Virus record (IMG/VR): IMGVR_UViG_3300045391_001696
Coordinates: 1 to 44,656 of that record
Reading direction: 5' to 3' (one strand)
From: a virus
Length of the DNA: 44,656 nt
Shown in pieces: positions 41,815 to 44,656 of this stretch (position 1 is the stretch's first letter; every line of letters starts with the position of its first letter). Below the pieces are notes generated by a model, which worked only from the letters and a program-made list of their open reading frames with translations, had not been told where the DNA came from and did no database searches. The position numbers and the translations under genes are program-made.

Positions 41815-42900
41815 CTATATCGCCCCCAAGGTTGTCAGCATATTGGGCTGAACCATGGAAATTCGTTTGTTTGCCAATTCGATATATTCAGGATTCAATT
41901 CAATCCCGATATATTCACGCCCATGCTCTAAAGCTACGGCTCCCGTGGTGCCGCTGCCATTAAACGGATCCAGAATAATATCGCCAGGGCGAGAGCCAGC
42001 CAGTATGCACGGTTCAATCAGTTTCGGCGGATAGGTAGCAAAATGAGCTTCTGGATAGGGCTTTGTAGGGATTACCCATACAGAGCGTTTATTCCGCATT
42101 CCTGAGCACTGTTCTTCATGTGTCATATTGTCCAAACGCTCGTTAAACCCGGCATGGCGGCGGGAATGACCGCGCTGCTTATCCGAATGCTTTCCATTGA
42201 ATTTCTTAGCATCCTTAAAAACTGAACCGCGAATACCATTCTTCTCAGCGGTGGGTGCTGATTTTTGGTCCTCTTTTGCGCGGTCTTTACGAGCCAAAGT
42301 TCCGTATCCATCAATATCCCATACGCCAGGTTCTTTAATGGCTTCATGGTTATAGAAATACCTCTCCGATTTGCTTAAGAGGAAGATATACTCATGAGCT
42401 TTTGTCGGCCGATCGGTTACGGATTCCGGCATGGGATTGGGCTTGGACCAAATAATGTCTGAGCGCAGATACCAACCGGAGGCCTGCAATGCGAAAGCCA
42501 CGCGCCAGGGGATGCCAACCAAATCTTTGGGTTTTAGTCCATGCGGGGTATTGGGATTGCCGCCACCCCATCTTTTAACGCTTCTATCCTTTGGCTTACA
42601 TTGCTCCCAACCGGGCCGCTCTGATGCAAATGAACCTCCGCCACCCTTACCGCTGCCGGCATAGCTATCACCAAGATTTAGCCATAGCGTACCGTCATCT
42701 TTTAGCAGCTGGAAAACTAGGCTAAAAACCTCTGACATGGCTTCAACATATTGTTCTGGCGTTTCTTCTAGCCCCAGCTGGCCATCGCAATTGTAGTTAC
42801 GCAAACCCCAATATGGGGGGCTGGTAACGCATGACTGCACCTTAACCCCTTCATCGATAAGGCGTTGCATAACTTCAATACAGTTGCCGTTGTAAATCAT
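41815..42900 (-). CDS. beta-class DNA methyltransferase (N4-cytosine or N6-adenine), orphan
   Basis: Motif IV VTSPPYWG near the N-terminus and motif I LDPFNGSGTTG near the C-terminus. No adjacent restriction gene. Confidence 0.85.
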   Translation of the reverse strand: MIYNGNCIEVMQRLIDEGVKVQSCVTSPPYWGLRNYNCDGQLGLEETPEQYVEAMSEVFSLVFQLLKDDGTLWLNLGDSYAGSGKGGGGSFASERPGWEQCKPKDRSVKRWGGGNPNTPHGLKPKDLVGIPWRVAFALQASGWYLRSDIIWSKPNPMPESVTDRPTKAHEYIFLLSKSERYFYNHEAIKEPGVWDIDGYGTLARKDRAKEDQKSAPTAEKNGIRGSVFKDAKKFNGKHSDKQRGHSRRHAGFNERLDNMTHEEQCSGMRNKRSVWVIPTKPYPEAHFATYPPKLIEPCILAGSRPGDIILDPFNGSGTTGAVALEHGREYIGIELNPEYIELANKRISMVQPNMLTTLGAI

Positions 42901-43085
42901 TCTTTATATTTTCCACATCTTTTGCATTCCATACCAACCCCGTCCCCACTCATAAATCTGTGCAAACTATTTTGTGAGCCGAATGGTGGCAAATACCACT
43001 CATGGCCACGGAATGAGCATGAGCACACATAAGCAACGCCAATGATAATTAGTATAAATATTCCGCCCGCTAAATTCGGTTCCAT
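42897..43085 (-). CDS. small membrane-anchored protein with C-terminal CxxC (62 aa)
   Basis: ORF track; TM segment GGIFILIIIGVAYV; ATGA overlap with the methyltransferase start. Confidence 0.45.
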   Translation of the reverse strand: MEPNLAGGIFILIIIGVAYVCSCSFRGHEWYLPPFGSQNSLHRFMSGDGVGMECKRCGKYKE

Positions 43086-43088
43086 GAG

Positions 43089-43319
43089 CTATGAATCCCT
43101 CGATGGGTTACTTTGCTGTTCAACAAAGGTGGCAAACAGTTTGGCTGATTCTTCACCCATGACAGCAATAACAGTGTCACCATACGTCATGTGATACTGA
43201 CGACCAGACCATATGCCCGTGTCAGTATCCCGCACTCGGTAGCAAGCCAGTTTGATACCCCCGGCAATAAGAACGCCTTCGCGCCGGACAATGTCGTCTT
43301 TGTCATATTTATTTGTCAT
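43089..43319 (-). CDS. hypothetical protein (76 aa)
   Basis: ORF track. Confidence 0.5.
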   Translation of the reverse strand: MTNKYDKDDIVRREGVLIAGGIKLACYRVRDTDTGIWSGRQYHMTYGDTVIAVMGEESAKLFATFVEQQSNPSRDS

Positions 43320-43340
43320 GACCTACCTACATTTACTTGA

Positions 43341-43550
43341 TTAACTTGGTTGCTGGTCCGTGTAACCACAAGTGGCACAGATAAAATCAACGTATTCGCC
43401 GGGATTGTATTGCGAGGCATACCGCGAATCTATGCCGTGGTGAGTACGCCAGCTATCTTCGCACCCATGCGGGCATTTCATCCCCATTGGACGTGCGCGG
43501 TTGCCATTTTGGACATTGCACTGGTAAACGCTTTCTTTTACTGACATCAT
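43341..43550 (-). CDS. small Cys/His-rich (zinc-binding-like) protein (69 aa)
   Basis: ORF track; CPHGC...CATCG. Confidence 0.5.
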   Translation of the reverse strand: MMSVKESVYQCNVQNGNRARPMGMKCPHGCEDSWRTHHGIDSRYASQYNPGEYVDFICATCGYTDQQPS

Positions 43551-43651
43551 AAGACTCTCCTCCCGTCCGTTAATTCGTAGTTATTTCGTTGATCGTCTCT
43601 CCGACCTGTCACGAACGGTTTGCCAAGCCATCGTTCACTTGTCTCCGCCAT
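43547..43651 (-). CDS. possible micro-ORF (34 aa), not in ORF track
   Basis: Hand-translated MAETSERWLGKPFVTGRRDDQRNNYELTDGRRVL; ATGA overlap with the next gene; weak RBS. Confidence 0.25.
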   Translation of the reverse strand: MAETSERWLGKPFVTGRRDDQRNNYELTDGRRVL

Positions 43652-43792
43652 ATCTGGGCCTTGTGCGGAGATTAACTTAAACTTGTCACACCGTGGTAAT
43701 TCCGCTACCAAGCGGCAGTGCTTAAGCCAAACCCAGAGTTACTTTTTACCCTTGCGGGGTATCTCGTTATTATCCCTAGCCGTTATACGTAT

Positions 43793-44656
43793 CTATGCTG
43801 CTTCCTTAAGTTTCTCCGCGAACCGATCCGCGCCATATTGCCCCTTAACCAGCGCAGCAATCTGCTTTGCGGTATAGGTGTCATCTAGGCTCTTTCCGGT
43901 TGTCTCCACGAAATGACGGACACCCGCACCGCATGCACCAGTGACAGCACGGTAAATACTAATCCATTCCGTACCTGTAGCTTTTTTAGGAAGCTTGCCA
44001 TCGAACTTAGCAACGGCCTTATAGATTAAATCTTCACGCGCTTCCTTGATGGTCTTGCCATGCGCGGAATTGCCATTTTCTTCACTAACGACAAACAAGA
44101 TTTTTCCATCGTCGGTTTTGACTTTTTTCACACCCGCTTTATTGGAAATAACTCGAGAGAAAATACCGTCTGAGAAATCAACGGCTACCCATTTGCCACC
44201 CTCAACTATGTACCATTGGTCGGCTTTAAGTTTCTTTCCGTCTACAATGTCGGCTTTACCGCCTATAGGTATGCACTTACCGTCTTTTGCGATGTATTCA
44301 GAGGCCATTAAAAGATTCCCTTTATCACCCTTAACGGCGGCACGATAGCCCACGGCAGTACAGGCGCTATGTTCGCCAGACGATGCAGCCGTGCTGTAGT
44401 AGCCAGACGATGCAGCCGTGCTGTAGTTGCCAGACGATGCAGCCGTGCTGGAGTTGCCAGACGATGCAGCCGTGCTGTAGTGGCCAGACGATGCAGCCGT
44501 GCTGTAGTGGCCAGACGATGCAGCCTTGCTGGAGTCGCCAGACGATGCAGCCGTGCTGTAGTTGCCAGACGATGCAGCCTTGCTGTAGTTGCCAGACGAT
44601 GCAGCCGTGCTGGAGTCGCCAGACGATGCAGCCGTGCTGGAGTTGCCAGACGATGC
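43793..44656 (-). CDS. 3' part of the repeat-containing early protein: nonapeptide repeats followed by a 190-aa globular C-terminal domain of unknown function
   Basis: The frame of track ORF 43793-44353 stays open upstream to 44656, with the codon boundary at the window edge. The repeats read SG[NDYH][SY]S[TK]AAS. The track start is an internal GTG. Confidence 0.7.
   Translation of the reverse strand, partial: ASSGNSSTAASSGDSSTAASSGNYSKAASSGNYSTAASSGDSSKAASSGHYSTAASSGHYSTAASSGNSSTAASSGNYSTAASSGYYSTAASSGEHSACTAVGYRAAVKGDKGNLLMASEYIAKDGKCIPIGGKADIVDGKKLKADQWYIVEGGKWVAVDFSDGIFSRVISNKAGVKKVKTDDGKILFVVSEENGNSAHGKTIKEAREDLIYKAVAKFDGKLPKKATGTEWISIYRAVTGACGAGVRHFVETTGKSLDDTYTAKQIAALVKGQYGADRFAEKLKEAA
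44369..44656. repeat. 27-bp tandem repeat, 10 full units plus partial units; same family as 1-208
   Basis: Units begin at 44382 and recur every 27 nt to 44651; the last 60 nt equal positions 1-60. Confidence 0.95.

Larger units (their letters stand above)
1..44656. mobile_element. Complete or near-complete temperate phage genome, circularly permuted in this window (integrase/attP, immunity switch, terminase-to-lysis late operon)
   Basis: All phage modules present once. Positions 1-60 are identical to 44597-44656. One minus-strand ORF is in frame across the junction. Confidence 0.85.

Noticed and set aside
43550-43792. Terminator or ncRNA in the 240-nt gap downstream of the repeat-protein gene
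   Set aside because: The hairpins TCTCCGC/GCGGAGA (43642-43671) and TACCC/GGGTA (about 43747-43761) exist, but neither is followed by a U-tract on the transcribed (minus) strand. Part of the gap can be read as a weak 34-aa ORF. The evidence is too thin for a call.

Overview
The window reads as one complete, circularly permuted genome (about 44.6 kb) of a temperate phage of a Gram-negative host. All calls come from reading motifs by eye; no searches were run.

Evidence for circularity: the first 60 nt are identical to the last 60 nt, and one minus-strand gene runs in frame across the junction.

Layout:
1. Immunity switch at 4.4-5.2 kb: a cI-like repressor and a divergent cro-like gene, with TATCC-N5-GGATA operators. 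The same operators guard a leftward promoter at about 3.7 kb.
2. Short rightward early operon, 5.3-6.6 kb: Ref-like HNH nuclease and RusA.
3. A 585-nt ORF-free, helix-rich spacer, 6574-7157.
4. Long plus-strand late operon, 7.2-35.3 kb. It runs terS, terL, a 6.4-kb sugar-nucleotide/glycosyltransferase island, then portal, GroES homologue, scaffold, capsid proteins, adaptor/nozzle-like proteins, internal proteins and fibres. It ends with a lysis cassette (SleB-type endolysin, Rz with embedded Rz1) and a metallophosphoesterase, then a strong terminator.
5. Minus-strand cassette of seven small genes, 35.6-37.3 kb, next to attP.
6. attP, which is the 3' 49 nt of a tRNA-Gln(CUG), abutting a tyrosine integrase and an excisionase.
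7. Very long leftward early operon, from about 3.6 kb through the window origin to about 38.8 kb. It consists mostly of tiny ATGA-coupled ORFs plus a Rad52-like annealase, an SSB-tail protein, a DUF551 protein, an SPPY DNA methyltransferase and a 27-bp-repeat protein.

Most unusual points:
- The late-operon glycosylation island, which includes a kdsB remnant and a DUF115/Maf-like enzyme.
- The hypervariable 27-bp coding repeat.
- The structured noncoding region upstream of terS.
- The absence of any recognisable replication module.
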